Origin: Coniocarpon cinnabarinum
Taxonomy: Eukaryota
Length of the DNA stretch: 44,705 bases
Direction: 5' to 3'
Assembly: GCA_051942205.1 (NCBI GenBank)
Contig: JAVECO010000024.1
Coordinates: 124,001 to 168,705, forward strand
How positions within the stretch are numbered: position 1 is the first letter of the stretch; each line of letters begins with the position of its first letter. This document shows, piece after piece, positions 10,264-21,100 of the stretch. Position numbers and translations under genes: made by a program. Below the pieces are notes generated by a model. The model was not told where the DNA came from and searched no databases. It saw nothing but the letters and a program-made list of their open reading frames with translations.

Positions 10264-12471
10264 TCAGAACAAACCAGGCCACTCAACAGGAGGCTTCAAC
10301 TTCCCTGCCTCTAGGCTTCCATCCTCTTCGAGACCCAATTGCCTGACGTACTCTACGAAACTTGGGTCATGATTTTGTCCTTGGCCCGGCGCTGCGGGTG
10401 AGGAATTGCTGCGTTGGCTACCAGCTCTGATAGACCCTGCAGTATCTTCATCAACAGGACAAATGCCACTGACGAGTCCTTGCGCAAATCGGCTCTCAGG
10501 GTCTTTTCGAGGGATATTCATGCGATCGGAAGGAGCACTCGTCTTCCTATTAAACAATCCGAAGAAAGACGATCGCCGTCGCTTGCCACCGTCTGGACTC
10601 GTGGTAGTGACATCCGTGGGAGAGCATGTGGTTGACGATCTTGTCAAATGGTGCACTTGGTCAGTGTGAACAGTGGATACGCTCAGCGGTCTGGCAGCAA
10701 CAGCGAACTCATCTAATGTTGGCGAATGTTGAGACGGCGAGAATGCTAGCTGAGCGAAGGGCGGTCCAGGCAATTCTGAAGGTGGTAATCCGTACTGCAA
10801 TGGCGAACTGTTCGGCAGAGAAGTTCCCAGAGAAAGAGACTCTCTTTGATACGGTTGAACCTGTCCATTAGATACTGAGAACGGCGGACGCTCACGTTGC
10901 TGCTGTTGTGGTCTGTCTGAGCCTTCCATCAAAGATCCAGCTTTCACTGGAGATGTGTACACCGTACTCAAAGTGTCGACAGGCGGAAATTGCTCTTCCA
11001 CTCTCTTCAACTGTGGTCGAACGGAGTCGGGAATCCATTCCTGGAATATCGATGCAACAGAGCTATTCTCCTCGGCCTCGTATATCTGAACCATGAGCAG
11101 GTACGACTGGTAGACTGTGGTATGTCTCTTTCCAACTGTGCGCTGTCGGCCGATGATAGACTTGCGGCAATACGACCGAGCTTCTACGAACTCGCCCAAG
11201 CGGTAAAGCACAACAGCCAAAAGGTAAGAGGCTTCACACAACCGCGACGCCTGCTGATCGTCGTTTAGTTGGTCACTTTCCCGAATACTTTTCCGGTGAT
11301 GATCATCAGCAATTGCCCGTAGTGAGGCTTCCGCTTGACCAATCTCTCCGGAATAAATGTAGCACGTAGCTAATTTCAGCCTGGCGTCTTCCAGGTTAGA
11401 ACGGTTCCTAAGGCGGACCGGCAGCTCCTTTGCTTCTTTCAGGCTGTCTTTGAAGTACTGATGTGCGCGACCAAAATCCTGTTGTTTGTAGGATGCATTG
11501 CCCTTTCTGACGAGATTGTCGACAAGCTCTGACTGTAGTTTCTCGTCGGAGTCAGAGTCTATTTCGGGTTCCTCGCCGGCAGTACTCGTCGGCTCTGTTG
11601 GTGCCGTTGGGACAGTTCTTGTGTCGCTAAAATCGAAAAGTTCCTGAAAAGATGTTGATCTAGTACTGTTCGTCGCGTGCGGCTCAAGGATATCTTCCAT
11701 AGGGATTTGAGCGTAGTCATTTGCTTCGATCCAACTCTGCAAGCCGCGTCTTCTGGTCTCATTCAGGGCTTTGTCGCCCATGATGGAAGTCTCCACCTCA
11801 CTTCTGCCACTGACTGTTGTCGCGCTTGAGATGACTTTTTCTGCAGAGAGTCGTAGCCTCACAGAGTTGTCTTCATTTTTGCTCAGACCCAATGTGCGAA
11901 GTTCCTCGTCACGCAGCTCGGACTTGTCCATGAGCTTGCGGAGCTCCTCGATCTTGGGGCTGAGCTCATCGACGACATAGCCTGGTGCCATGTAAGAAGC
12001 CCGTAAGGTGATCATCTGCATGGTAAGCTGCATGGCGCCTCTATGACCTCGAAGTTGCTGATAGAGAGGACTGAGCTCAGGTTGCTTGAGGCTCAATCGA
12101 GCTTGTCGTGCAGCCTGCTCGAACCAGTTCGGCTTTGGTGGCAGTAATGGGGTGATGACATCTGCAACCGCAAGCAATGTCGTCTGGCAATCACTTAGTG
12201 ATCCCATCATTGCCTCTCTCAGCTCCAGCGCCTCGCGCGCGTTGTCAGGATTGGTCTCGAGACGAGCCTCGGCGGTGCGAAAGCCTGAGCTCTTTAGTGT
12301 GGCTTCTATGGATCTTAGACTCATCTCGATTGTGCGTGTCTCACGGGCCATTTCCCCCATATTTCGATCGATCCTATTCGTTGCCTCGATGAAATGATGA
12401 AACTTTAACGCGAGGTTAGCAGCAGCCGTGAGTGCAGTCGATGCCGCCGTTGCTATTGACAACGGATCCAT
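10264..12471 (-). CDS. Fungal N-terminal HeLo-like domain + TPR repeats + disordered C-terminus
   Basis: MDPLSIATAASTALTAAANLALKFHHFIEAT...MARETRTIEMSLRSIE is the typical HeLo-like/STAND N-terminal helix pattern. TPR-like units LVRKGNASYKQQDFGRAHQYFKDSL, LATCYIYSGEIGQAEASL and LAVVLYRLGEFVEARSYCRKSIIGRQRTVGKRH. Probable 5'UTR intron 12642-12488. Confidence 0.8.
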   Translation of the reverse strand: MDPLSIATAASTALTAAANLALKFHHFIEATNRIDRNMGEMARETRTIEMSLRSIEATLKSSGFRTAEARLETNPDNAREALELREAMMGSLSDCQTTLLAVADVITPLLPPKPNWFEQAARQARLSLKQPELSPLYQQLRGHRGAMQLTMQMITLRASYMAPGYVVDELSPKIEELRKLMDKSELRDEELRTLGLSKNEDNSVRLRLSAEKVISSATTVSGRSEVETSIMGDKALNETRRRGLQSWIEANDYAQIPMEDILEPHATNSTRSTSFQELFDFSDTRTVPTAPTEPTSTAGEEPEIDSDSDEKLQSELVDNLVRKGNASYKQQDFGRAHQYFKDSLKEAKELPVRLRNRSNLEDARLKLATCYIYSGEIGQAEASLRAIADDHHRKSIRESDQLNDDQQASRLCEASYLLAVVLYRLGEFVEARSYCRKSIIGRQRTVGKRHTTVYQSYLLMVQIYEAEENSSVASIFQEWIPDSVRPQLKRVEEQFPPVDTLSTVYTSPVKAGSLMEGSDRPQQQQRERPPFSVSNGQVQPYQRESLSLGTSLPNSSPLQYGLPPSELPGPPFAQLAFSPSQHSPTLDEFAVAARPLSVSTVHTDQVHHLTRSSTTCSPTDVTTTSPDGGKRRRSSFFGLFNRKTSAPSDRMNIPRKDPESRFAQGLVSGICPVDEDTAGSIRAGSQRSNSSPAAPGQGQNHDPSFVEYVRQLGLEEDGSLEAGKLKPPVEWPGLF

Positions 12472-13552
12472 AGCCAAAGAACCAGGTCTGAAACAGCCAA
12501 TTAAGAAAGGAAAGGGGGTTGTTAGGCAACTCTGCAGGGTCTGAGGTGAAAGTGATTGTCTAACACACTACAGGCAAATCGCAAAGGAGAAAGCAACTAC
12601 AGGCTAACAGGCCAAGCTTGCTGCCCAGATACGAAACCATACCCACGCAGTGACTTGCAGCTTGACAAGAGGAGACTGCAAGCGAACATAAGAAAATGGA
12701 AAAAAAAAGAGAGCCGAAGCGACAATGTATGTTGCTTTGAGATGAAATAGCCAGATGACAAGCGGAGGCCCAGGACAGAGGACATGATGAGCTGGACGCC
12801 TGGTGTTGGACTGTCGACAGCATTGCGCCTCGATGACAGCGGGAGTGCCATATGCTCTTGGCTGCGCAGTCTCCAATCGGTTGGCGGGCAGCGGGGTGGC
12901 CTTGCAGAAATGCTGCAGACACGGTGCAGCCCACGTGTGGTCTTGGTTGGAGCAGGGGTGTTTGCCAAGCATCTACTTCAACTTCCAGCTGCCCTCGCTC
13001 CATCAGTGTGTGGCCGCCTTGCACATATGTACCATATGCTCGTGTGGCGGAGGCTTGTGTCGCGTGATGGACGGCGAAATAGGATGCGGCTGGGAGGCGG
13101 TGCTGGGGTGGACGATGCCGGCCTGAGCCTGGCGCCTGATTCCTAAGGCGTACACGCGCAGCTGCCCGCTAGCGGCGGGTCCCGTGATCATTCATCTGTC
13201 CGGCAGGGTAACAGCATTTCACGACATAGTCTTGCTCGCTGTCGCTGGAGTTCCAGTATTGATGACTGAACTTGAGTCACGCGACTTCACGCTGCCTGCT
13301 AGGGCGCTTCAGCATGATTGTAAGCCTTGCTCCTCCAAGCTCTGAACTTTTTCGAAGAGGAGCTCGAGAATTTGGGTTTTCCCTCTGACTGGCGGAAGAA
13401 GAAGGAGACGCGTTACCCCCGTCCCTCAAGTTTGCATTTGCGCTCTCAAAACTCGTACCCATTCTATCGGCTCATGACATGAGCCCGGGTGTATTCAGAC
13501 AAAGATAGTATGCCCGGCTGAATTCCCTGCTACAGACCTACTTGCGCAGACC

Positions 13553-14218
13553 TCACTTGCTCCTTGACGGCTCGTAATACTCACGATAACTCTCTTGATA
13601 GCCCATCGACCGTCCGATCATTGCCATACCCACCATGAAGCCTCGACTCATCCAGACACCCACATTCGTCTCCAGGGTCTTGAGTGGCACTGGTAACGCA
13701 AGCGGTGTATCTGCAGCGTTCAAGAATACCATCAGCTGAAACAAGCTCGGCGCAGCCTTCGCCTTCCTACAATCGTCGAGGTACCCAAAGAAGTTGCGGA
13801 AGAAACGCTGCTCGTTTTCGTAGTCCTGAGGGTCCAGCCGTATGTCAACGACGAGCGGTTCGGTCGTGCTGGCGTTCTCAAAGCGGTGATACCGTCCATT
13901 CGACACGCTGGCAGCGCTTTTCACACCAGTGGAGCCCAACACGTGGGTAGGCTCGCGGTCGAGGCCAATGAAGAAGTTTCCGGTGCCTGAACTGACGTGG
14001 AAGTGCTCGGTCTGGTAGATGTGATAGTGGAGTGGCGGCTGGACAAGCGACGCCGGAGCTGAAACGTTGACGTTGCGGGGTGGGAGTGTATGGGTCATGG
14101 CGTACTTTTGATCTGGGCCATTCCATCGTAGTGAAGCAGCACCGTCCTCGTAGGTGAGTGTGGGTGAGTTCGCTGTGAAGGCACGGGGCGGGTGCGGAGC
14201 GCGAAGGAAGCAAAGCAT
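13553..14218 (-). CDS. RmlC-like cupin-domain protein
   Basis: Cupin motif 1 PPLHYHIYQTEHFHVSSG and motif 2 GRYHRFENAS, followed by the fungal-type tail EQRFFRNFFGYLDDC...PSLFQLMVFL. First ATG at 14218. Confidence 0.85.
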   Translation of the reverse strand: MLCFLRAPHPPRAFTANSPTLTYEDGAASLRWNGPDQKYAMTHTLPPRNVNVSAPASLVQPPLHYHIYQTEHFHVSSGTGNFFIGLDREPTHVLGSTGVKSAASVSNGRYHRFENASTTEPLVVDIRLDPQDYENEQRFFRNFFGYLDDCRKAKAAPSLFQLMVFLNAADTPLALPVPLKTLETNVGVWMSRGFMVGMAMIGRSMGYQESYREYYEPSRSK

Positions 14219-14809
14219 GACCGGCGACTGGAATAAGACGGACAAGCTTGCAGCTCCGAATTCGAGAGATATGCAGTCCTACAGGAAGAAGTACTTTCCT
14301 TCATTCTTAGCATCGTTGCTGTGTTTATCGATCCTCTATCTACTTGAGTGGTAAGTAGAGTAAGCTGATCATGCGTCAATGGATGAACGCTAAGATAGTC
14401 CAGCCCCTCTTGCTGAAAGTAGGACCTGCGGGACCCTACATCCCAGAGATCAACAATTCAGTGAGTCAATCTATCGTGACGCTCGGTCACGATTCGCCCG
14501 GATGATCCATTCTTTTTGCGTGTGGCTTGCCGACGTAAGAGCCACAAGAGCTTCTTTCATCCTCAGCCTCGTTGGTCAAATACGATGATGACGGTAATGA
14601 CAGGATACCTATCATGGTCAACACTGGGGCGTCACTCTGCTCTAACGGCGTGCCAGCCTTGCTTTGGACTCGCTGACCTGCCTGGAACGTGGCTTTTGGC
14701 GCTCTGAACATCTGGCACTGTATGCTTTAACAATTTGTGCTGTGATGGTTCATAGCTAGATCTCGACTTGAAGTTTAGAAAGAAGTGCTACCGACGCGGC
14801 TGAAGACCG

Positions 14810-15568
14810 CTACATGTCACAAAACAAACTTGCCAGCGTAAAGATCCCACCCACTGGCCCAGCCGACTCGTCCGCGATGAAGCCCGCAAGCCCCGACCCA
14901 AGCGTGGTCATCGTGTCACACAAATTTCCATCGCTGCCTTCCTCCTTGGTCGTGAACTGCACCGAAATGTACCCTGGCGCCGCATTGGGATCGACGTTGT
15001 CACCGGCGAGCACGACAGCCACGCTACCAGGTGCCGTGTACTGATCGTAGCATTCCTTCGTTTCGGGGCAGAAGTCTCCGCCCGTGGTACCTGCGCAGAC
15101 GGCGCCGTCGTTGTACAAGCCGCAGACGTTGTTCTGTACCGTGGTCTGATTGTCCATGACAAAGGCCAGCATCTCAATGAGACCGTTGTGCACCCATGTC
15201 GGGTAGTCACCGTCGACCGTGTACGAGATGTCCAGTGTAGCGACTTGGCCACCGTCAATGAGACTGGAGGACGGGACCGAAACATCGTTGCCGTTGATGC
15301 AGGTGCCAATGGTGGCGCACGTGCTCGAGACGTTGTTGCGGATGATGTCCGAGGGCTTTTGGGAGCCGAAGAGCACGCCGCTGTTTGCCCATCCGACTTG
15401 AATGTTCCCACCGGGATTCTGTGAGCCATCGGCTGGCCACTTGATGTTGGAAGTCTCGGGTGCAGAGCCCGAGCCGCCAGTGTCTTCGCGCTTTTCGTGA
15501 GGTTGAAAGGGGGAAGCAAGTGCGCCTAAAGCAGGCAAGACAAGCAGGACAGCTTTCGTGGTGTACAT
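14810..15568 (-). CDS. Secreted Cys-rich protein (signal peptide, Kex2 site, 8 Cys), function unknown
   Basis: MYTTKAVLLVLPALGALASP signal peptide, EKR dibasic site, 252 aa, high GC3. C-terminal CDTMTTLGSGLAGFIADESAGPVGGIFTLASLFC hydrophobic segment flanked by Cys. Confidence 0.85.
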   Translation of the reverse strand: MYTTKAVLLVLPALGALASPFQPHEKREDTGGSGSAPETSNIKWPADGSQNPGGNIQVGWANSGVLFGSQKPSDIIRNNVSSTCATIGTCINGNDVSVPSSSLIDGGQVATLDISYTVDGDYPTWVHNGLIEMLAFVMDNQTTVQNNVCGLYNDGAVCAGTTGGDFCPETKECYDQYTAPGSVAVVLAGDNVDPNAAPGYISVQFTTKEEGSDGNLCDTMTTLGSGLAGFIADESAGPVGGIFTLASLFCDM

Positions 15569-15753
15569 GGCTGTGATCAAGGTCAGGTCGGTTGGGAGAC
15601 TGAGTGTTGTTTCAAATGGAAGTTTTGAGGTTCTTTGAAAGAACAACGGAGTCTGTTGGTAAATGAATGAAAAGTTCGTGAGTCTGAAGTGAGAAGACTG
15701 GTGAAATTGTGATGCCGGTTTTGTTTGACGGTAATGAGGCAGGTACATCACTC

Positions 15754-15760
15754 TTATATA
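15754..15760 (-). promoter_or_regulatory. TATA box (TATATAA) of the secreted-protein gene
   Basis: TTATATA on +, about 190 nt upstream of ATG 15568, followed by a C/T-rich leader. Confidence 0.55.
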
Positions 15761-17209
15761 TTGTCCAGCATGAAGCCGTTAGAGCAAGCATTCATGCCAA
15801 AGTGTTACAGTCCTGTTACTATTTTGATCCCCACGAAGAAAAGTCATGATTACATTCTTTGGATTGTTTCAGGATAGTCAATGCAGAAGCTAATTGCAAT
15901 GCCGCAATGAAGATCACGGAAGCATGGACCTCCCAGGGAGCACTATCAGGCTGCTACTTCGCCCAGTGGCTTGACTTGGACGAGGCCGACGTAGACCAGC
16001 CCTGCAAAAGACAACAGGGGGCGGCAAATCGCGGGAAAAAAAGCGTTGCTCATGGCATACCCGCACGGAGTATGCAGCGGATAGCCTTAGAGACTAGGGA
16101 TCTGGGCGGACAAGAGGGAATGATCTTGATGTGATTGCCAGCCATTGACAACATATTCAGGGGTCATTTTAAGCCTTTGGTTGAAGAGAGTCTGCTTGAG
16201 CCTGGTTCTGTTCATGCTTGTATGTTCTTTAGAGGCAATACCTTCCCGCTGGCAGACTGGCAATCGCCCGGTTCCCAGCGTTCACGTGGTGCAGCTCCCA
16301 GGTAGTCGCCCGTTCGTCCCGCAGAACATTTCAGCTCTTCCCGAGACGAGGCAAGGCACAGGGATAACATACGTGCCTTGCAAGAGTTCTATGGGGAGGG
16401 AAGTGCGGCAACAACAGCATGGGCTTGGTGAAGAGATGGAAGCCGAAAGACGATTTGTAGAATTTACGGAAGAAACCGTTGTCATGCGGCTTGATACTCC
16501 GTACTAATATGTGCAATACTCCTCGAATTTACAGTAACGAGACTCAGCCATTGGGTGATTCTAGCCGAAGGAGATGTTGCGACCGATGGTTCGATGGTCC
16601 CTGACAGGCTCTTATGCTTTGGAGTACATGAGACGAGGCTAAAGGGGGCCGAACACAAGGATGCCCAGCTTCAGCCAGTGAAGAGATGCATATTGCGACG
16701 GTCGTCATAACCGTTGCGCCACAAACGGTGCAGGCCGGGACGCAAGCAGAAACAGGAGCGAGCGACTGAATGAAAGTGCATTGTTTCGTCCTGGAACGCT
16801 ACACCGATGAATGGAGTTGTTCTTGTCCTCAGCAGTAATGATGTGGGTGTCGTTCGCGATTTAGGGTGGAATTGGGCGTTCGTTGAGATTTGGACGATGC
16901 TGCTGCAAGGGTTTTGCATGTCGTTGAGATGAGCACGAGGCACAAAAACAAGCTTTTCAAGGCGGGCGGATTCCGCACGCGCGCGGACTAGTTGAGCTTA
17001 GCGCTTCCGAGCGTCCACGGTCTCTCGGGGTCCTTCCGTCCCTCGCTGGAAGCTATTGGATGGCTGAATGGGAATCTCACTCCGGTCATCACTGTCAACA
17101 GCTTCTTGGACACGTGAGAGGGCCTGGGCTAGCTGCGATCCCGCTTGTACAACGGCCACGGATTTGCTCGGTCCTAAGGACCCAAGTAGCATTCGCTTGC
17201 CACAACGGC

Positions 17210-18034
17210 TCAGAGATCGTTCCGCACCCAGAGCTCCAGGTCTGCCAGCGGCTCGAAAACCTCGTATGCTTCTGGCAGCAGAGTCGTCTCAACGTGGAAG
17301 GCCGCCTTCCAGTAATGTTTTTGCACTTGTTCTCGAAACGCGTGCTCCTGCTTTTCCTCTTCGAAGATCTTCGAATCCCGGATCAAGTCGGTGAGAATCA
17401 TGGCTGGAGCTCTCGTCTCACCGAAAAGCGCCACGAAATCATTGCCAAGGGCTTCGGGGGCCAATGTCGGTAAATACACCAGGGAGTCGGCGCCGAGGCC
17501 AGCCTCCAGATTCTGTCGTTGGGCCTGGAGCCCTAGCTGAACCAGTAGTTCCACGTCTTCGTCTTCAAACTCTGGATCTTGCAAACACAGTGGGACAAAG
17601 GGCTTGCGAGCGACATTGCTGATGGCGTCTTGCACGTCCAAGATGAATATCAATTGAGTGAGAATCACCTGGAACATTGGCCATCGCGGATTGTCCCATT
17701 TGAACATGTCTTCCATCTTGTGATGCTGCTCCAATGATCCCAGGCCCAAGACGTCAATCTGTTTGATACGGCGGCAGCTATCTTGCTGCTCATGCAATGA
17801 TTGAAGGGCAATATTACGGCTATGATTGCGGCCGTTCATCCACAGCTTAGAGAGTCTGTGAAGCTCTATCGCCACCTCGGAGCTGTCATTGCAGGCTTGC
17901 AGAGTACGAGGGTACTGTCTATTCCTTGGCGCCGGGCATATGGAAGGGCTCAGTTCAGGACTGCCATAACTGCCGCTCATGAGATGATAATGTGTGAGTT
18001 GAGACAACTGCTGATCAATTTGCGTGTCATACAT
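17210..18034 (-). CDS. SRR1-like domain protein
   Basis: IKQIDVLGLGSL...QLIFILDV...CLQDPEFEDEDVELLVQLG...SLVYLP matches the SRR1 domain pattern (xxLGLGS...Q...QDPxF...D...L..LG). Start uncertain (18034 or a downstream ATG). Confidence 0.75.
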   Translation of the reverse strand: MYDTQIDQQLSQLTHYHLMSGSYGSPELSPSICPAPRNRQYPRTLQACNDSSEVAIELHRLSKLWMNGRNHSRNIALQSLHEQQDSCRRIKQIDVLGLGSLEQHHKMEDMFKWDNPRWPMFQVILTQLIFILDVQDAISNVARKPFVPLCLQDPEFEDEDVELLVQLGLQAQRQNLEAGLGADSLVYLPTLAPEALGNDFVALFGETRAPAMILTDLIRDSKIFEEEKQEHAFREQVQKHYWKAAFHVETTLLPEAYEVFEPLADLELWVRNDL

Positions 18035-19457
18035 CGACACAAGTTAAGTATTGTGATAAAGTCGCAGGAGATGAGTCTCGGTCGGACGTAACAGAAAGAG
18101 AGCGAGCAGTATGTGATTTTTATAGGAGATGATGTGAAAAGCGTGTGCTGTGGAGTAAGCATCGTTTGCAGTATCAGTCAATATCGTACACGAAGATATA
18201 GCGGGAAAAACGTGAGTCCTCGATGGCCTTTGCACGGACACTGTCTCAGACAGAGGAGCAGTAGCATGTTCCGAGCTCGGATCCCACGTGTTGGAGAGTG
18301 TATGCGACAGAAGCAAGCTGGATTTTGCGCATCAGGATGGCGATCAATCCGCAACGAATGAAAATGAAGTCATTAGCCAAGTGAGCGTATGTTCGCGGCG
18401 CCCTCAGCGCGCGCGCGACCATGCATACATTCGATGGTGCTCGTCACAGGTTTCAAGACAGTAACATCCGCGGACGTCGCTGAGACTCACATGAGTGACA
18501 AGATGTGAAGAGATCATGTCCTGAAAAAGCGCAAATGCTGTCACCGACATAGGAGGTCGCATCTGTACACTTTCAGAAGTGACATAGGGTCTCTAGTCTC
18601 AAGAGAAATTCCGCGGGAAAGAAGGGTCTTTTCCCGCTCACTAAAATCCCAATACTGCAGCGGCAGGAAATTTTGCAGCATCCACGTTGGCCAAACGACA
18701 AGGCTCGGATCATGATAAGACCGTCCGAGGCAACAATCAGAACTGCGAGCTCGACCTGTGCGCAGAGGGAGGATGCTGACAACAGGCGCTGAAGGAAGAT
18801 TGTGGCTCTTGCACGGTGATGGATGAAGTTTGTTAGGCTGAATCCATCTGGGACCCAAGTCTGTCTGTGCGCAGCTATTGATAGACAGACATCACCGGAA
18901 GCGGTCGATGCCCACCTTCACGTAGATCATAGACAGTGAGCATTTGTGCTGCTCATTCGCAGACGCGTGAGCGCTACGCCATTACGCACGGCGGCGATGG
19001 AACTGTGAGAACAACGGTCTGATATCAAAAAATGAGAACTCAGACCCTTGCACGCACGCACGCCTTGGTCATGAGAGCGCAACATTGTTAATCCGGCGCG
19101 GGATACGCAGCCTTGGTACCCGCACAGACATCTCTCTTCACAATCTGGGTCATGTCTGACTGCAGAGTGGAACAGACACATGGCTTGCACGCCGAGACTT
19201 GTGTCTTCTCTGAGTCTCGTCTCAAGCCCCGACGATGGCCGCGTGCGCACGCAGATCTGACACCATCCCCGGAATTCTTCCGCTGTTCTGAATCACTACC
19301 TTCCCGCAACTGCCGCATCATCCCTTGGCCATTGGTCATCTTTCATGATCAGGACCTTCAGAAGCCAGCAAAACTACCAACGGACCTGCCTTTCCTTTAG
19401 ATATCTTCTCGTATCTTCTCGCTGCTTGTAAACTGGACACTTGCCTATAAGTACCAT

Positions 19458-20621
19458 ATGCTCGTTCGATTGCTCATTTTTGCTTCGACTTTGATCGCGT
19501 GCATGTTAGCAGTATTGCTCGCCAAACCAGCAATCTCATACGATCTGAGGGCTTTTGCAAAGTCCATAACTACCAGATCTAGGTCGACAGCTCTCTACAG
19601 AATGTCTTACACAAACACAACGACCGCGACAACAACTTCTTTCGCGGGTCTCCACGCCGTTCCTGCCTCAGATCCCTCACTCAGCAAATCTCTCGACGCC
19701 ATGATCCCACGCAATCTTCAAACTCACTTCCTCGCAAACGAGCAGTCTGAGGGCGCTGGTGCACGCGTGCGCCGCTCCATCGGCACCCCCAAACTCAAGA
19801 ATTTCTCTCCATTTCTCATGCTCGACCACTTCCGCGTCGCCAAAGGCGCCGGCTTCCCCGATCATCCACACCGCGGTCAAGAGACCATCACGTACATGCT
19901 GAAAGGCAAGACAGACCACGAGGACTTTGCGGGACACAAGGGCACTCTCGAGGAAGGGGACCTGCAATTTATGACTGCAGGTAGAGGCATTGTGCATGCG
20001 GAGATGCCCCGGCACGAGCTGGACCCGGCCACTGGGGACTACCCGCCTGTCGAAGGGATGCAGCTATGGGTAGACCTTCCGAAGAACTTGAAGCAATGCG
20101 AGCCGCGATACCGGGACTTGAAGAGTGGGGAGATTCCCAGCGTCAGCATGGATGAAGGCCGGGTAGGGGTCAAGATTATTAGTGGCATGGCCAATGGAAC
20201 AGAAAGTCTAAGGGAGCTGGCTTATACACCTGTATGGCTCTTGGATGTCAACATCCGACCAGGTGGAACATTCAAACAACAGCTGCCGAGCGGATTCAAT
20301 GCGTTCGCATACGTCATCAAGGGCAGTGTGCAAGTCACAGGCACTGCCAATGATACACATGTGCCAACACATCACAATGCCGTCTTTGAGCAGGCGGGCG
20401 ATGGTGTCGTCATCGGCAATGATCCAGACGCGGATGAGGCGGCACAGTTAATACTTGTCGCGGGCCTGCCGCTCGATCAGAAGATTGTGCAGTACGGTCC
20501 ATTTGTGCTCAACTCTCCAGAAGAGGTGTATCAAGCGATTGCCGATTATCAAGGTTACACCAACGGTTTTGAACGGGCGGCAAATTGGGAGAGTGAGATT
20601 GGAAGGCGAATGGTGCGTTGA
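19458..20621 (+). CDS. Pirin-like bicupin protein
   Basis: Motifs EQSEGAGARVRRSIG, PFLMLDHF, GFPDHPHRGQETITY, GDLQFMTAGRGIVHAEMP, QLWVDLP and VQYGPFV. Hydrophobic N-terminal extension before a second ATG at 19602. Confidence 0.95.
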   Translation: MLVRLLIFASTLIACMLAVLLAKPAISYDLRAFAKSITTRSRSTALYRMSYTNTTTATTTSFAGLHAVPASDPSLSKSLDAMIPRNLQTHFLANEQSEGAGARVRRSIGTPKLKNFSPFLMLDHFRVAKGAGFPDHPHRGQETITYMLKGKTDHEDFAGHKGTLEEGDLQFMTAGRGIVHAEMPRHELDPATGDYPPVEGMQLWVDLPKNLKQCEPRYRDLKSGEIPSVSMDEGRVGVKIISGMANGTESLRELAYTPVWLLDVNIRPGGTFKQQLPSGFNAFAYVIKGSVQVTGTANDTHVPTHHNAVFEQAGDGVVIGNDPDADEAAQLILVAGLPLDQKIVQYGPFVLNSPEEVYQAIADYQGYTNGFERAANWESEIGRRMVR

Positions 20622-21100
20622 TTGACAATTGAATGGGGAATTTGTACATAGACTGAAGTATTCGTTAGTAGCCAGCGTAACCCTTTCGATGCAGCTGTCA
20701 GCCTGACCAAGCTTCGCTCCAATTCCTATGGGTTTGATCGAGTCTTACATTTCCTGTCCTGCGGAATTCCACACGATGGCGCATGCAGAAGAACCTAAAT
20801 GGTCACTATGACACTGAGGATGAACTAAGCTCGCGAGGGTCCGCAAGCACCCATGTAAATAGCTCGCACAAGCTGCGTTCAAAATAGCTCGACTGTGTTC
20901 GATGCTAGCATGTACAAACTATGTACAACCACTCCACTTTCATTGCAGTTGTCGTATGGCAAACTGTCCACGCTCGACACTCGCAGAGCGCGACAACAAA
21001 CGCTTAAAGCGCTCCAAAATGCTTGAAAAAATGCATGACGAATCAGGGTGATTGATTCGGTAATCAATAGATATTATATAGTAGATGAGAGTCTTGAGTA

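Noticed and set aside
10340..10420. Amyloid signalling motif (PGQGQNHD) at the C-terminus of the HeLo-like/TPR protein
   Set aside because: Too short, with no repeated N/Q-G pattern and no neighbouring NLR carrying a matching motif.
15859..16943. ORFs 15859-16134, 16145-16507 and 16671-16943
   Set aside because: Non-ATG starts, no codon bias or motifs, and I could not build a consistent splice model.
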